64,000 nucleotides of DNA, taken from a virus. Location: positions 1 through 64,000 of the IMG/VR virus record IMGVR_UViG_3300030108_003689. One strand, written 5' to 3'. The first letter of the stretch is position 1. Each line of letters begins with the position of its first letter. Shown piece after piece: positions 35,601-44,416 of the stretch. The notes beneath the pieces were generated by a model. It made no database searches and was not told the DNA's origin. It worked only from the letters and a program-made list of their open reading frames with translations. The position numbers and the translations under genes are program-made.

Positions 35601-36905
35601 TGCTTGAACGGTTTCGATAAAATTGGGATCATTTTTTGCCCAATCAATAAAGTTGCTCAAAACTTCGGAATCGCCAATCTTGTCGGCAACACCAAAAGCT
35701 TCTGCGGCAGCAACAGACCTCGATATTAATGCAGCACGAGCCTCAGCCGATGAAACCTCTAGCTGATCTGCAATGTCGTTTACGGTGCCGAAAGCACTCA
35801 ACATGCCTTTGGCCAAGTCATAGCTGAACTGACCAGCCCTACGAGCGCCTGCTATATCGGCTTCAGGTCCACCTTCGTAGCTGTGCCGTTCTGCGTCTAG
35901 AATCTTTACACCCATGGCCCCCATGGTGTGTCCACTTGCATAGCCTACGACGCCACCAACTAAACCACCAAACACCCTGCCTTTAGTTTTGAAAAGCTTT
36001 TCACCAAATGCAGCACCACTTTTTCCGAGCGCTTTCGCTTGCTTATACCCAAGCACGGCCCCAGCAGCGTTGGCAGCGATGTCTACGTCTTCGTGAGTAA
36101 TCTTGAAGTCTAAAGCTTCACCTGGGAGATCGTATGTTCGTCGCTCCTCCTCAAATGGAGTGTACGTGAACTCGAACAATTCCGTCCCTTCTTCGTCGGC
36201 CTTCTTCTGAAGCTCTACTCTGACCTCTTCTTCGGTCTTTCCTTCTCCCCTAAGCTTCTCGGCCAACTCCTTATTCGTGTACTGAATTGATCGCGACTGA
36301 ACCAGTTGCTCGGCGTCGATCAACTGCTCTGGACGAATGCCTTTGAAAAATCCAATGAAGCTATCAAGGTATGTCTCTTCTGACTCAAGCAAGGCCATTT
36401 CTGCGGCCTCATGTACCTGATACATGTAGGCAGTAGGCGCGTCTTTTAAAAGACGAGAGGTGTTGAACCCAGTTGCGTCACCAGCCAGCACCATATTGGG
36501 TTTTGATTTTTCTACTGTTTCATTGATCTCGTCTTCGATGATCTGATCGATGTCTACAGTGACTGGGATCTCTCCCCTTTCTTTCTGCGCTTCAAGCTCC
36601 TTCCTTCTGGTGTCTGAGCCTTCTTTGAGTGCTTCCCGCAGAGCGATCCGCCAGTTGGTTGTCGCCAGTTCCGAGGCGTCCTCGGACTCATAAAGAGGAG
36701 CCTCAACGGTTGTTTGAATCGGTACAGTTTTGCTTGCTTTTAGTTTAAGCTGCTCTTCGCCTGTGGAGTCGACAACAACGTCTTCAATGGCCTGAGCTTC
36801 GATCGGGTCATCAATCGGCTCGAACTCAAGCTCTATCTCTTGTTCGGGCTCGGGCTCGGGCTCAGGTTCAACCTTGTCTTCTTCGATTTCTTCAGGCTCA
36901 GCCAC
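26601..36905 (-). CDS. giant (3434 aa) internal-virion/ejection polyvalent protein with HhH glycosylase-like and HEXXH zincin domains
   Basis: Located after the tail genes; GIDNKVISF..G..DVIVIDR; TLWHENGHF..EQFAEAW; C-terminal AAKKTRKIMLDYSDLS..E...RYFAFY motif seen in ejection proteins. Confidence 0.75.
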   Translation of the reverse strand: MAEPEEIEEDKVEPEPEPEPEQEIELEFEPIDDPIEAQAIEDVVVDSTGEEQLKLKASKTVPIQTTVEAPLYESEDASELATTNWRIALREALKEGSDTRRKELEAQKERGEIPVTVDIDQIIEDEINETVEKSKPNMVLAGDATGFNTSRLLKDAPTAYMYQVHEAAEMALLESEETYLDSFIGFFKGIRPEQLIDAEQLVQSRSIQYTNKELAEKLRGEGKTEEEVRVELQKKADEEGTELFEFTYTPFEEERRTYDLPGEALDFKITHEDVDIAANAAGAVLGYKQAKALGKSGAAFGEKLFKTKGRVFGGLVGGVVGYASGHTMGAMGVKILDAERHSYEGGPEADIAGARRAGQFSYDLAKGMLSAFGTVNDIADQLEVSSAEARAALISRSVAAAEAFGVADKIGDSEVLSNFIDWAKNDPNFIETVQAAAIGGTALSQLRSKRALASILSHSYASGKDKLTDLEQTAVEVALGIDTSGEKSAGQQFAEVLAEIQTELKETPEFREAANLAREEEIKDLSEQLTRARRKREPEYKDWDAIQYFEDIDLGVHNPSDKNKKLWVKSWLYEQSYNELNPDIKGEQPNVDAFIEFVKLDMAMGGKEYHGNPKIDATLEAIREGDNKAAVQQLLNSMPLRFVNQFRQSNSAGIYQMPTTDQVEKWARDNAKFLEEKVGRKSTREIQRTMQSLMLKKGGSLQYAPTLFGELLQWAALIPTVAAETDVAVDFKDFPDTLLPVVETLGLPTVVGTPAGVDLLEGLGIRNPESTLQSRIRARRKSGTGGFQVGYEELMLAKGFERGSPEFNLAQNLGFGLDMLNLEKYIGRAVGNVGRVGANAIPAGKVFMSEHPANRAALTKRRLLQNTDFDRTEDPTVANHKLLKQNAQAELNEGPNPLDRMDAAERELFSDILIATGRNPDEVFAAFQEAAQVSKYVRRQSEKITRAVDTNDIIVLKNSPEYKALLADVNDLVQAGRIKADDAARFMSMLEAQATRIADATDTPYRSAAEVLGGLRITTNRPARPGARFMGKGLEEVDETPENAFSQPLGRDNSLSRIRAIMDDLNIEETDPVFKADLEKKFGKSNLEDFSDAERLELKDRLFKAQMKVEKPAVVKVDRKKLAAEKKKYQAKTHSGVPDPLTRKNPSRKKFKEKPVPKGTNTKNAAASFEKADNHTELLDGRNPILSDEDWNQWWGGITDTKQVLRPPLKLRTYANPESLAAELNRLTPEQKKRADGGMELVEGLGNLYNTGIAEANVTAQLLAWAILSRSLSAFPHESAFLDIFLNSPPASVFQKNLDGFIRSAVEGTFDAKMMLEYDVWVGGVHRQRAADKMLADGDIDQATHTLFVGRDADTINDLLNRNVIDEDQADRFKTQLLPALADNKKANEKITETMVDARKDAAALLREEKITPDEFGKLVGFAPALRIEGAGNPAAANLRAFGKNFLSQSSEILPEGHPYAGQTKLAAWHSILLDQSISGQQARRLFHQIYQSSGIDNKVISFMLLAAGRTDVIVIDRIQANHFWGQAENLLGDGVLRRDGTQMDLYEGFSKPTSDASWKKWLKNPRPYSASRGLADVLSGGRGAILYEAIESLLLGSIDEAYRLAGREGEGSIGRLHWETWVINSGQEVGHDTLAVILKQALGYDDPAVGAYVSEGKFGMFRYGIKYAVMPDGQQTFVMATQDGVNYVFDAAAYSDFFGEIKRHKERVKVEDRVIPKGWSIQNEKFENTPWYHRASVDRDNLDKLIRRYGRRATDNENVALDRYSSGTGELRPDSGRARDAAGAESDLLNPGNKDLRRTGLGEDQTKDPVEPTVLRLVEDGDPDTRFQRKEGVPLGYFEYDQRTRKAIINLFEKGDLDTLWHENGHFMATLMGREFTDKLFRYFDNELMDDGTRSLTDLGHEQFAEAWRYYRRVRDNPNGFVRRLMDELWISLHNLWSRIRKKPGLLPNEVRQYWDLEFGEAPKDRRNVQAITNAALNKRPKYTKLRATQQERILYSPDADKARKRVAMELGFDSETMHSLLGDRKQNRIRFETDLNTGERQRVLERSYDPREYDAIDAGLEVYALIKNTAFRKSLANKPMTPVGSGRYHVPVAILKTITDKSTNRFIDALGMDPETITKQIEQPNRSGLNSLADPDTIPDGVTDVDILSYRNRFAARFFNESNEQINKRVQETGFIVLDDRAQAGLKTLIQEIGNQPEADLIPFSLLDPDVNLRLISVDEYNTIRNVVTDIVATPLNRRSRNTTHPGYLMRMASFFENREQFEGIGEALRKIAETTRKKKEISEMTTDPNMVEILDGYGRMIMNAGKSIIRLANDPELKAIDTLYDFFQYDVSLHTPRVNLSSVRSLFEIVGTLDGSIQKMEAKAAARVAEAEEAGKPIPTTYDPFDLDDAALGKMSPGGGVTLQEIGRKIALMQDLLDGPYGMTPREREAINQLRIFNERLKYAQDAAEFTTTDRATIADAIQVIHEGLREKKQYVESFSTNVFEKILAIKQATQFDLNDPLVIDIYQKFYRGDIKGLLDIGTPKKIRRAPEAQTPRQVFQYSKKLGLMGKIIEGVSRPIADQLGVKYSTKTPDLNQALMALMIMLKVDDVRFGLARELAENGYDLSRRSITNNLDLKGEINISRSKYVDRVLFYIDRTLSKSDEVAGFSDLQFGRKVRIAQKPVKDMYGPTEKPSAKRPDSDVITRIDKSAQYEADQILKRAGIRIDDGTAEIIMIGDKQFIMPKNMVDQLESWAQETYPNARFKKTWGRTGRAEYQLELKDASTQNSQRIKEQIANAALVWQRAAEFLVSPRTFYTGLLIGVGGLPMVGYGMGVFIGGLSQVHLGQGVLAATQDLLEAPGTGARVASEVTPLVRNIAEAADVEIQFVAGTLARLFGDGSHRPRTKPLVLPDGRIITADMLANTVDRYGWKSAFADALASNNLYDQFYERFTQANPTWINGAMFGLIGAPLGPQSALLSAAFGMSMAQSLKPGNIFSKAHRFYRESFVAIDTYMRIKVLVRELKAGATLDDAAKKTRKIMLDYSDLSDAEASYFKRYFAFYTYFSQANKLLFTSLLENPDRVITQLKFARNTQLKATESKDPDLMLSPWDRYRSFLPFEIMGQRFRLPFLLTGDSVGLLLELFLALPFTGGDESSRAARLGVFSRLAPQLGLGAAVTFGIDPGLGFPLERATLQVPAELVEFDLEFTGGTLHDILGIEYIEPENIRFVWDDKEKRRVNERNIEMPGRGIFVAKNTKAYLFLMEYLQTPVTGRMGDNLWALSRANAGVVEGLMDLTHALKSLNPDKPILSNIGALQVLGFVKEKDIRVSVPDDAGIAQAYVSPTEPGLAKDGAKEAVKRADQITTASIPTLRKYGVAYKSKDGSTYNVYADQFYPTEIGRTIGFSAWHPQTWKKLAYWKYKQHAKKSAEAIRRNEAQQRILERTAPIDNEQ

Positions 36906-36932
36906 GGTGTCTCCAGAGGATTTGAATCAATA

Positions 36933-39900
36933 CTATTCGTCTAGTGCGCCTTGTCCAGCAACCTTAATATTGTATGTTTCTGCGACAGTTTTGCCTGTCT
37001 CTTTGATAACAAAGTCAGAAAATAGATCGCCCATGTGTTCTAACGGAGGGACTGCAACCAGTTCACCCTTATCGTTTGGTTTGTGCAGTTCGAAATGTAG
37101 GTGAGGACCGTCAACATTACCTGTTGCACCGGATTTCATAATTTCCTGACCAGCTTTTACTTCAGTGCCGACTTCAAGACCTTCAGTAATTGCACTGGCA
37201 TGGTAGTACTTAGTAACGCTTCCATCAGCGTGCCTAATTGAAACATTTAGTCCTGAGCCATCATTGTCAGTTCGATCTGCTCTTATTACCACACCATCTG
37301 CGACTGAAAAGACAGGCTCACCAAGCTTTGCCCTCAAGTCGATGCCGTTATGATCCTGCACTTTTCCAGTGTTCGGATCTGGTCTAAGACCGAACTTTGC
37401 ACTGGTGATGACTTGAGCCCCATCAATAGTGTATTTAGTTTTCACGGGAGAAACGAACCCAAGCTTCGCCACCTTAGTGACTGCTTCTTCTTGGGGTTGT
37501 TCTTGTGTCTCTGGGGCTGGGGTTGATTGTCGTTGAATTGCGCGGCCAACGTCTAACGAAAACTTCATTGCTTCTTTGGCGCCAGGAATCTCATCTTGTG
37601 CGAGCCCGAATTCCTTTTCCAGATCCCCCAACATGTTTCGCGCCTGATAAGGCTCGATTTTGCCACTGGTTAATTGTCCTCTGATGAACAAAACCTGAGA
37701 TGCAGCTTTAGCGATTCGGTCGTCAACTGGGGCTGGTTCCGGGGTCGGGGCCGGTGCGGAATCATCACCCTTAGCGCTATCTGCTACGATTACTGGTGTG
37801 TCACCCACTCTGGGTGAATCTACAGCAACAAGCAGATCTTCGCCAGACTGTCCTCTTATCTCAGATTCAAGTCGGTCTTTTGCGTCCTGATTTGCTTTTT
37901 CCTTTTCGAGTCTTGCTTTTTCAAGTTCTGCTTTTCGGTTCGCTGCCAAAGAATCTTGAGTGATTTGTTCCTGAGGTCGCTCATCATCCTGGATACGCTG
38001 CTGAGGTGTCGGCGTTAGATCAATATACTTAACTGGTGGTTTCTCCTCTGCTGCCGCAGCGGCGGTTGGTTGCGGATCAGGCGGGGGTGTTGGAGTTTTA
38101 ACAGGCGGGGGTGCTGGCGGTTCAACAGGCTCCATTGTGGCGAAGCTGGACTCGAGCGTGGCTGTATCATCATCCGTTGGCCGCATAGGACCTTCGAACG
38201 TTGCAGCTTTTGGCTCAGGGATAGGTACATCTCGTTTCCCCCTAATGCCTGACGAATCTTGATCAACTCTGGGCGTAGTTGCAGCATAAGCCTTTGCCCC
38301 TGGTGTTGATGCCTCGTAACCCTCCTGCTGAGCCTTTGCGATTGCCCTCTGCTCAGCCATAGATTGTTCGGCGCTTTTCAGTTCTGGTATGTTTACCTCT
38401 GGAGCCTCATCTTGCGGCTCTGCAGTCATTTCGGCAATTTGCTCTCGTTGAAATTCCGACATGAAATCTGTTGGAGGCGGGGGAGGAGTCGGAGCCTTAG
38501 TCGGAGGTGGCGGTGGCTGGTCCTCAGGCCTTTCGTTGGCCTGAAAACGAACCTCGTCGCCTCTTCTACTGTCCCTGATGTCCCCATCCATGCGGCCTAA
38601 AAAGCGGTCTACAGAGGCGAAAGACCCATACTTGGGATCGAAGTATTCGCCACGGGGACCCTGCTCAGGGATTAATTTAGATCGATTAATGATCGACTGA
38701 ACGCCTTGAAACTTGTTGGCCGAAGCATCCAAAAAGTCAGATCCAACTGTGCCTAATGGGTTTGTGCCTTCGGCAGCGTTTTGACCCAAGCTGTCTGGAT
38801 TATCTAAGAACCCTAAGACCCTTTTTGTGTTTTCATATTCAGCTTCATTTGTGCGGCTAACAAGCTGACCCACTGTCATTGTGGTGACTGGTGTTCTGTC
38901 TAACAAACCCTTTTGCGTGACAGACCTTTCCCATTCCAAATTCTTTCTGGTTGGAGTATTGCTTGCACCCTTGGTATCAAAACCTTCGAGCCACTCATCA
39001 ACAGCCTCATTGAAGTCGGTGGGAAATCTAGCTTTCACACTATCTGGCAGATCTTCATACTGTTCTAAAACATCCGAAAACTCTTCCATTCGCACTGTTG
39101 CATCTGATGTTGTCTCAGCATTTTTGGCCCGCTCTGCAGCACGTTCGATACGATTGATGATGCCTGGAATAACTGGAACTCCGCTATCCTCAGCGCTTAC
39201 ATCTCTTTCTGGGGCTTCTGTTGCCTCAGGGGCAGCCTCCGCTGGGGCTCGACCAGGAGCCTCTACTGAGGGCATTGTAAACCTGTCGGTTCCCGTCAAC
39301 TCACCGCTTGGGCCTCTGCGAAAGTTTGTTCTTGTGAATAACGGATTGGTTAGAACAGAGATTTGTGCTGGCGTTAGATTTCGATCATTAACGGATCGTT
39401 GAATTAATTCATCTCGCTGACTCTTATACTGTTCAATAGCCTGAGCGATTTGTCTTTTTTGAGACGAAGGCGAAAGAAGACCAGAAACAGAGTTTTTCAC
39501 GAAGTTTGAAGATACTAAATCATTGAAATCAGATCCTTCTTTCAGGCCCTCATTCGCAAGGATTTTAGTGAATACCTTCTTCTCTTCTTCATTGGCATCT
39601 GCTTTGAAAGCAATCTTGCCGTCAACCTCTTCGAGAGGAGATGATTTTTGTACGATTTCAGAGATTTGCTCGGGAGTCATCTTTCCAGAAGAAAGCTCGG
39701 TAGACACTGTCTGATCAAACAACATTCCATCTAAAAGTTTTTTGTACTTTGTGATGTCTTCTGAATGGTCGATATAGTCAATGACATTCTCATTATGGAA
39801 TGCCCCTGCAACACCTTCTGGTCCCTGGTAATCTTTAGGGTTCGCAAGAATCTTCTGACGGTTTAGACGACCCTTCTCGCTCGTGGTCCCTACATCTGGA

Positions 39901-40511
39901 TAGTATTTACTCAGCCAATCTTTAGGATCGATAGATGTTTGATTAGAAAATCGTTCATCATCCGGGTACATCCGTTTGACCTGATCGGCCATCACTTCAT
40001 CAATTTTAGCTTTATCATCTTCATTTTTCAAACGGCCCTTAATTGACATTAGAGCTAAAAGCGTTCGCTCCGAAGGACCCTTTTTTTCATCTAATAAATT
40101 TGCATTACCTAACTTAGCCGCAAGACTATCGAAGTTGTAGTTGCCCGCATTTATCTCTCCTGAAATGTCAGAAATAGATTTGATGGCGGCTTCACTTCTA
40201 ACAGCCTTAAACTCATCATTTCTATTGCTGGTATATGTATCTAAATTCTTATCAATATTTTCTCGTATCTTGGCATTTCTTTCGAGTGCCTTTTCTTGAA
40301 GGTCGCTTAATCTCCCAACAAGTCGGCTAAGTTCACCGTACGAAGGACTTCCACTAGCCCTACCTCGGTTCCTCGGGTTTTCGAGTGTAGAGATTCGTTT
40401 ATTGAGAAAAACGAGCCGCTTTACATATTCGGAGTAATCCCTTTCACGAGCCTTGATGTAAGTGCTGGCAGCAGGGAGAAATTTTTCTCTCAGTTCATCA
40501 GTAAAAGACAT
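36933..40511 (-). CDS. virion/ejection protein with C-terminal M23 peptidase
   Basis: HNGIDL, YYHAS, GPHLHFE; Pro-rich linker. Confidence 0.85.
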   Translation of the reverse strand: MSFTDELREKFLPAASTYIKARERDYSEYVKRLVFLNKRISTLENPRNRGRASGSPSYGELSRLVGRLSDLQEKALERNAKIRENIDKNLDTYTSNRNDEFKAVRSEAAIKSISDISGEINAGNYNFDSLAAKLGNANLLDEKKGPSERTLLALMSIKGRLKNEDDKAKIDEVMADQVKRMYPDDERFSNQTSIDPKDWLSKYYPDVGTTSEKGRLNRQKILANPKDYQGPEGVAGAFHNENVIDYIDHSEDITKYKKLLDGMLFDQTVSTELSSGKMTPEQISEIVQKSSPLEEVDGKIAFKADANEEEKKVFTKILANEGLKEGSDFNDLVSSNFVKNSVSGLLSPSSQKRQIAQAIEQYKSQRDELIQRSVNDRNLTPAQISVLTNPLFTRTNFRRGPSGELTGTDRFTMPSVEAPGRAPAEAAPEATEAPERDVSAEDSGVPVIPGIINRIERAAERAKNAETTSDATVRMEEFSDVLEQYEDLPDSVKARFPTDFNEAVDEWLEGFDTKGASNTPTRKNLEWERSVTQKGLLDRTPVTTMTVGQLVSRTNEAEYENTKRVLGFLDNPDSLGQNAAEGTNPLGTVGSDFLDASANKFQGVQSIINRSKLIPEQGPRGEYFDPKYGSFASVDRFLGRMDGDIRDSRRGDEVRFQANERPEDQPPPPPTKAPTPPPPPTDFMSEFQREQIAEMTAEPQDEAPEVNIPELKSAEQSMAEQRAIAKAQQEGYEASTPGAKAYAATTPRVDQDSSGIRGKRDVPIPEPKAATFEGPMRPTDDDTATLESSFATMEPVEPPAPPPVKTPTPPPDPQPTAAAAAEEKPPVKYIDLTPTPQQRIQDDERPQEQITQDSLAANRKAELEKARLEKEKANQDAKDRLESEIRGQSGEDLLVAVDSPRVGDTPVIVADSAKGDDSAPAPTPEPAPVDDRIAKAASQVLFIRGQLTSGKIEPYQARNMLGDLEKEFGLAQDEIPGAKEAMKFSLDVGRAIQRQSTPAPETQEQPQEEAVTKVAKLGFVSPVKTKYTIDGAQVITSAKFGLRPDPNTGKVQDHNGIDLRAKLGEPVFSVADGVVIRADRTDNDGSGLNVSIRHADGSVTKYYHASAITEGLEVGTEVKAGQEIMKSGATGNVDGPHLHFELHKPNDKGELVAVPPLEHMGDLFSDFVIKETGKTVAETYNIKVAGQGALDE

Positions 40512-40521
40512 TTTGGCCCCG

Positions 40522-41094
40522 CTATATAGTAAGTGTCACTAAAGTCAGATCAGTGGTTTTATCCAAGTACAGAACTAAAAGCTTATCGCCACTTGTATCT
40601 GTACCTCCTGAGTTTGTGATTGTATCAGATGAAGCAATGGCAAACTCAGTTGTAAGGTCTGTCAATAATCCAGACGTTCCATTTTGCTCTAATACAGAAA
40701 TAAGCTCATCTCCAGTACGTATTCCCGCAACTGTGTGACTACCCGCAGAACCACCATCAACGAGGGCAACCTTGATGGGGTTAGAAATTTTCGATCCACT
40801 GATTGCATCATTAGCGATCATGCTCCGACTGACAAAGCCGGATGTAAACAAGGCACGCATTCCGTTTGCTGCTGAGAACACGCCATCAGGTATCAATCGT
40901 TTTAGCACCGATGCCGTGAATGACCTTGCTGCAAACTTAGAGTTCAGCAGCGATGTAGTGAACAACCCATTTGGGATGTCGTCTCCATCGAGAGGTTCCG
41001 GGGCACGATAGCTGTTTAGATTATCGTTGGAGTTCGATGTTGATTGATTGTTCGGCGGGACTCGGGGAACAAATACACCGTTTACAAATGGCAT
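40522..41094 (-). CDS. virion protein with short fibre-type repeats
   Basis: MIANDAISGSKI-type repeats; structural context. Confidence 0.6.
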   Translation of the reverse strand: MPFVNGVFVPRVPPNNQSTSNSNDNLNSYRAPEPLDGDDIPNGLFTTSLLNSKFAARSFTASVLKRLIPDGVFSAANGMRALFTSGFVSRSMIANDAISGSKISNPIKVALVDGGSAGSHTVAGIRTGDELISVLEQNGTSGLLTDLTTEFAIASSDTITNSGGTDTSGDKLLVLYLDKTTDLTLVTLTI

Positions 41095-41103
41095 ACGAGC
41101 CCC

Positions 41104-42033
41104 CTAAGACGGAAGAGTTTCGCTCGTTGGTAATTGAAAGCTTGATGCCATCGTACCGCCGTACAGCGCTCTTTGCTTGGCAAGCTTTTCTGCTTGAGAC
41201 TTTCGCAACTTATCGAGCGCTGTTTCTCTTTTTTCGAATCCCCTTTCAGCACGCTTCATGGCACGATCTCTTCGTCCCTCTAAACGTGTCGCAAGCGCGT
41301 CGTCTCCCGCTGCTGTTGCCTGTGCAGCCTCGTAAGAAAGATCAATGGCTTTTTGACCCTGTTTTTGGAACTTCTTTTGTCCACGACGTGCCTTATCGGC
41401 TTGGGCTCTTTCGAAGTCTTTCGGCGCGAAGCTCGCGGCAAGCTTGCCAACACTAAACACGCCTTCCTTGATTCGTTGAAGTCTGCGTGCGTCTTTGGCT
41501 GTTTTAGCCGCTAGTTCTTCTTGTTTTGCTGCATACGTTTCTTGCAATCCAAGCTCTTGCTCGCGGAGCGCCCTTTCCATTTCACGAGTTTCTTCTACAC
41601 CAGCATCACCAGCAGCCTTGATGGTGTCTGGCGCCCTTTGAGCTAACTCAATCGCTGCAGTCCCTGTAGTATCCATTGCCGCCTTATCTGCTGCGCGTTG
41701 AAGCGTAGATTGCGCTGCAGCCATCTTTGCTCCCCGTGCGGCCTCGATGCGCTCTTCCGCGCCTTCACCGGCTTTTGCAATGATTTCTTCACCACGCTTC
41801 TTTCGATCTCTAGCGGCTGCAGCCCGTCTATTTGCTTCCATAGCAAAGGCTTGGTAGTCCATTTGCTGGCCAAACAGATCTAATCCTGTGCCAAAAATAG
41901 AGTCGAGATTCTTCATGCGGTTGTAATAGTCGTCTTCCTCTTCGGCGGCGGTTTTAGCCATAGAGTCAAACAAAAGTTGATCATCGGCGGTAGAGTCTCT
42001 GAGCGATGTCTGAGTGGGGTCTTGCTTTGGCAT
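41104..42033 (-). CDS. alpha-helical internal virion (ejection) protein
   Basis: Ala/Glu/Lys/Arg-rich coiled coil; gene position. Confidence 0.6.
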   Translation of the reverse strand: MPKQDPTQTSLRDSTADDQLLFDSMAKTAAEEEDDYYNRMKNLDSIFGTGLDLFGQQMDYQAFAMEANRRAAAARDRKKRGEEIIAKAGEGAEERIEAARGAKMAAAQSTLQRAADKAAMDTTGTAAIELAQRAPDTIKAAGDAGVEETREMERALREQELGLQETYAAKQEELAAKTAKDARRLQRIKEGVFSVGKLAASFAPKDFERAQADKARRGQKKFQKQGQKAIDLSYEAAQATAAGDDALATRLEGRRDRAMKRAERGFEKRETALDKLRKSQAEKLAKQRALYGGTMASSFQLPTSETLPS

Positions 42034-42041
42034 GACTAATC

Positions 42042-42473
42042 CTATCCTGTAGTACTTTGAGGCTGACCATACGTTTGAACAATGTATGTGTCATACGGGC
42101 TACCAGTTCCAACGGCCATTGAGGATTGAAGCGTCATTTCGGTTGATGAAACCCGAGGAGCAGGTATTGTTGAATCGTCTTTTGCTGATCGAGCAGAAGC
42201 GGCCTTTTGTTGGGCTAATGATCGCCTTTCAACGCTTCTTTGCTTGGCTCTGAGATTCTTTTCCCTGCGTCTTTGTTGTCGAGCAAGCCTTCTCTGCTGA
42301 CGCAATGCTTTTTCTTCTTGATCGGCCTGTGCGCCTCCAAAAATGGCACCAGCAATACCGCCGGCAACACCACCGATTGCTGCACCCAATGGGCCAAAAG
42401 CGGCACCTGCAGAGGCTCCTGTTGCTGCGCCGCTAAAAGCACCCGATCCTATCGCTACAGCTTTATCACTCAT
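42042..42473 (-). CDS. glycine-zipper small ejection protein
   Basis: GAATGASAGAAFGPLGAAIGGVAGGIAG followed by a basic helix. Confidence 0.65.
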   Translation of the reverse strand: MSDKAVAIGSGAFSGAATGASAGAAFGPLGAAIGGVAGGIAGAIFGGAQADQEEKALRQQRRLARQQRRREKNLRAKQRSVERRSLAQQKAASARSAKDDSTIPAPRVSSTEMTLQSSMAVGTGSPYDTYIVQTYGQPQSTTG

Positions 42474-42500
42474 GACTTAAAATCCTTCGATTCAATCGTA

Positions 42501-43388
42501 TCATTTATAGTGAACATCTACGAAGAAATTTCTGGCATCAATATAAAGGTGTTGCTGAAGTCTTGAGTCGATAGCTGGAAGCCTGTAAACACATCTATAA
42601 GAAACTTTATTCATGCCTGGAGACAGCGTAACTCTGGTTGCAAAAGAGATTTGTGACCTCTTGCTCCTGTAACTCATCTGACCTCTACCAAAAAGCCTTC
42701 TCTCAGTATGTTGAAAATCCTCTATGGTATCGCTATCTGGTCGATCAACGTAAAGCTTGAAGATACCAATAGTTGCTTTACCAGCTTTTGATCTGTACCA
42801 AGCTTTCCATTGTGATTCTGATAGCCTGTGCCCTTCTTCCGGGCCACGGCCATAGTTTTGAGCTTGATCAGCCAAGCTCATGCCATAAAAATCCGTAGAG
42901 CCTGAAGCATGGGCGTACATTGATCCACACACAAAAGCATTAACGTTTTCTGTTCCCTTCACGTAAATATTCGCAGACATCCCATCAATAGGTTGCCAAG
43001 CGCTCGCTGGCAGATCGTGAACATCATCCGTTTTCAAAAATTCAGCCAATATTTGACCGGATGTTTCGTGTCTCACATGACGATTCATTTTTCCATCAGC
43101 AACGTTTCTGTAGTACGTAGAAGACGAAACCGCATCCACTCTCGGGTTAGCACTGATGTAATACTCTGGTCGTAAAATATGTCTTGATTCAAGAGCGTTC
43201 GTTCTCGGATCAACAGCGGGAGTAACGCCAGCATCAATTGTCGATGATTCTGTAGCGTATTGAATATCTTCAACAGATATTCCACCATTTACGAAGTTTT
43301 CTAACAGGTCAAATCTGTCGTTGAACGAGTCCGGCGTGATTTTGTCACCTAAACCGACGGTATCACTAAAACTTGGATCTAAAGGCAT
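42501..43388 (-). CDS. tail protein (paralog family B)
   Basis: N-terminal GDKITPDSFNDRF..L...VNG. Confidence 0.6.
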   Translation of the reverse strand: MPLDPSFSDTVGLGDKITPDSFNDRFDLLENFVNGGISVEDIQYATESSTIDAGVTPAVDPRTNALESRHILRPEYYISANPRVDAVSSSTYYRNVADGKMNRHVRHETSGQILAEFLKTDDVHDLPASAWQPIDGMSANIYVKGTENVNAFVCGSMYAHASGSTDFYGMSLADQAQNYGRGPEEGHRLSESQWKAWYRSKAGKATIGIFKLYVDRPDSDTIEDFQHTERRLFGRGQMSYRSKRSQISFATRVTLSPGMNKVSYRCVYRLPAIDSRLQQHLYIDARNFFVDVHYK

Positions 43389-44416
43389 TATCTACGTACC
43401 GGGTAAGCAGTGATTGTGTAGTCCATGAAATCTACAGGTAGCCTGATTGGTGTCAAACAACCTGCTTTACCTCCAGCCCCAGTATCTGCAGGCATGCCAG
43501 GATCCATGCCAGAAATGTAAGCGAGCAAGAAAAAACTTACATCGATTTTGTCTGAGACATCGTGCTCATACAAGTGGCATGCAGTGTAGTTGAACTGGGC
43601 CGGAAAGTTCATTGTACCAGCGGTAGTCGGGTGATGATCATCGTATGTGTCACCGGGATCTAGCCTTTCACCACCCCTGTTGTCCCTGTACCACCATCCA
43701 TCTACTGACCCGTAACCGTAGTCAATTTCTGCATCTTCGCCACCGTAAAATGAGTCTCTAGCGCGATGATGATCCGACATATCGTATTCATCACCGTCGC
43801 TTGTGTAAGTTTCACCCTCTAACGCCGTCTTAGACAAAGAAGAGGCGCTCGGCATTTTATCAGTAAAAGCAAACCGAAAACGTTGTTCCGTTTGCCTGAT
43901 AATATCGGCATTGATGGTGTTAGTGTCTGCGACATCGTCAGGATCTCCTAAATACTTACAAAGCGCAAGTTGAATAGTGCATGGCTTGCCGTTGTAATAA
44001 GTTCTTGCCCCCATATCGGGAACACCTAATCGCAAACTCGCCCTAATAATTAACTTTTCTCCTCTTTCCATATTTTTGACGAATATTCTAGTTGAAAATG
44101 GATAATTATATCGCTCAGCTAGAGTTATAGGCGAAGTTGATGGGTAAGTAAAAGGATTCGGAATTGAGATTGAATCGTCACCGTGCAACATTTGCCAATA
44201 AGCCTTCGATATAAACGGATGTCGGGCATCTCCTCCAGACCCCTTAACCGTCAAAGACGTTTCATCGGGTACTTCGAACTCACCGAATGCTTCGTCTTTA
44301 AAATTAAATCCATCAAGCTTACTGCAAACTGATTGAATTTTTGAAGTTGCTTCATTAAAGTCAGAATGTGAAATAACTTCATTATGTTTAAACTCTGGAA
44401 TTTTTAAATAAGGCAT
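43388..44416 (-). CDS. tail protein (paralog family B)
   Basis: N-terminal NEVISHSDFNE...LDGFNFKDEAF. Confidence 0.6.
   Translation of the reverse strand: MPYLKIPEFKHNEVISHSDFNEATSKIQSVCSKLDGFNFKDEAFGEFEVPDETSLTVKGSGGDARHPFISKAYWQMLHGDDSISIPNPFTYPSTSPITLAERYNYPFSTRIFVKNMERGEKLIIRASLRLGVPDMGARTYYNGKPCTIQLALCKYLGDPDDVADTNTINADIIRQTEQRFRFAFTDKMPSASSLSKTALEGETYTSDGDEYDMSDHHRARDSFYGGEDAEIDYGYGSVDGWWYRDNRGGERLDPGDTYDDHHPTTAGTMNFPAQFNYTACHLYEHDVSDKIDVSFFLLAYISGMDPGMPADTGAGGKAGCLTPIRLPVDFMDYTITAYPVRR

Noticed and set aside
26601-36905. Giant protein as a virion RNA polymerase (N4 or crAss type) or tape measure
   Set aside because: No DxDGD or T7-like polymerase motifs and no tape-measure repeats were seen
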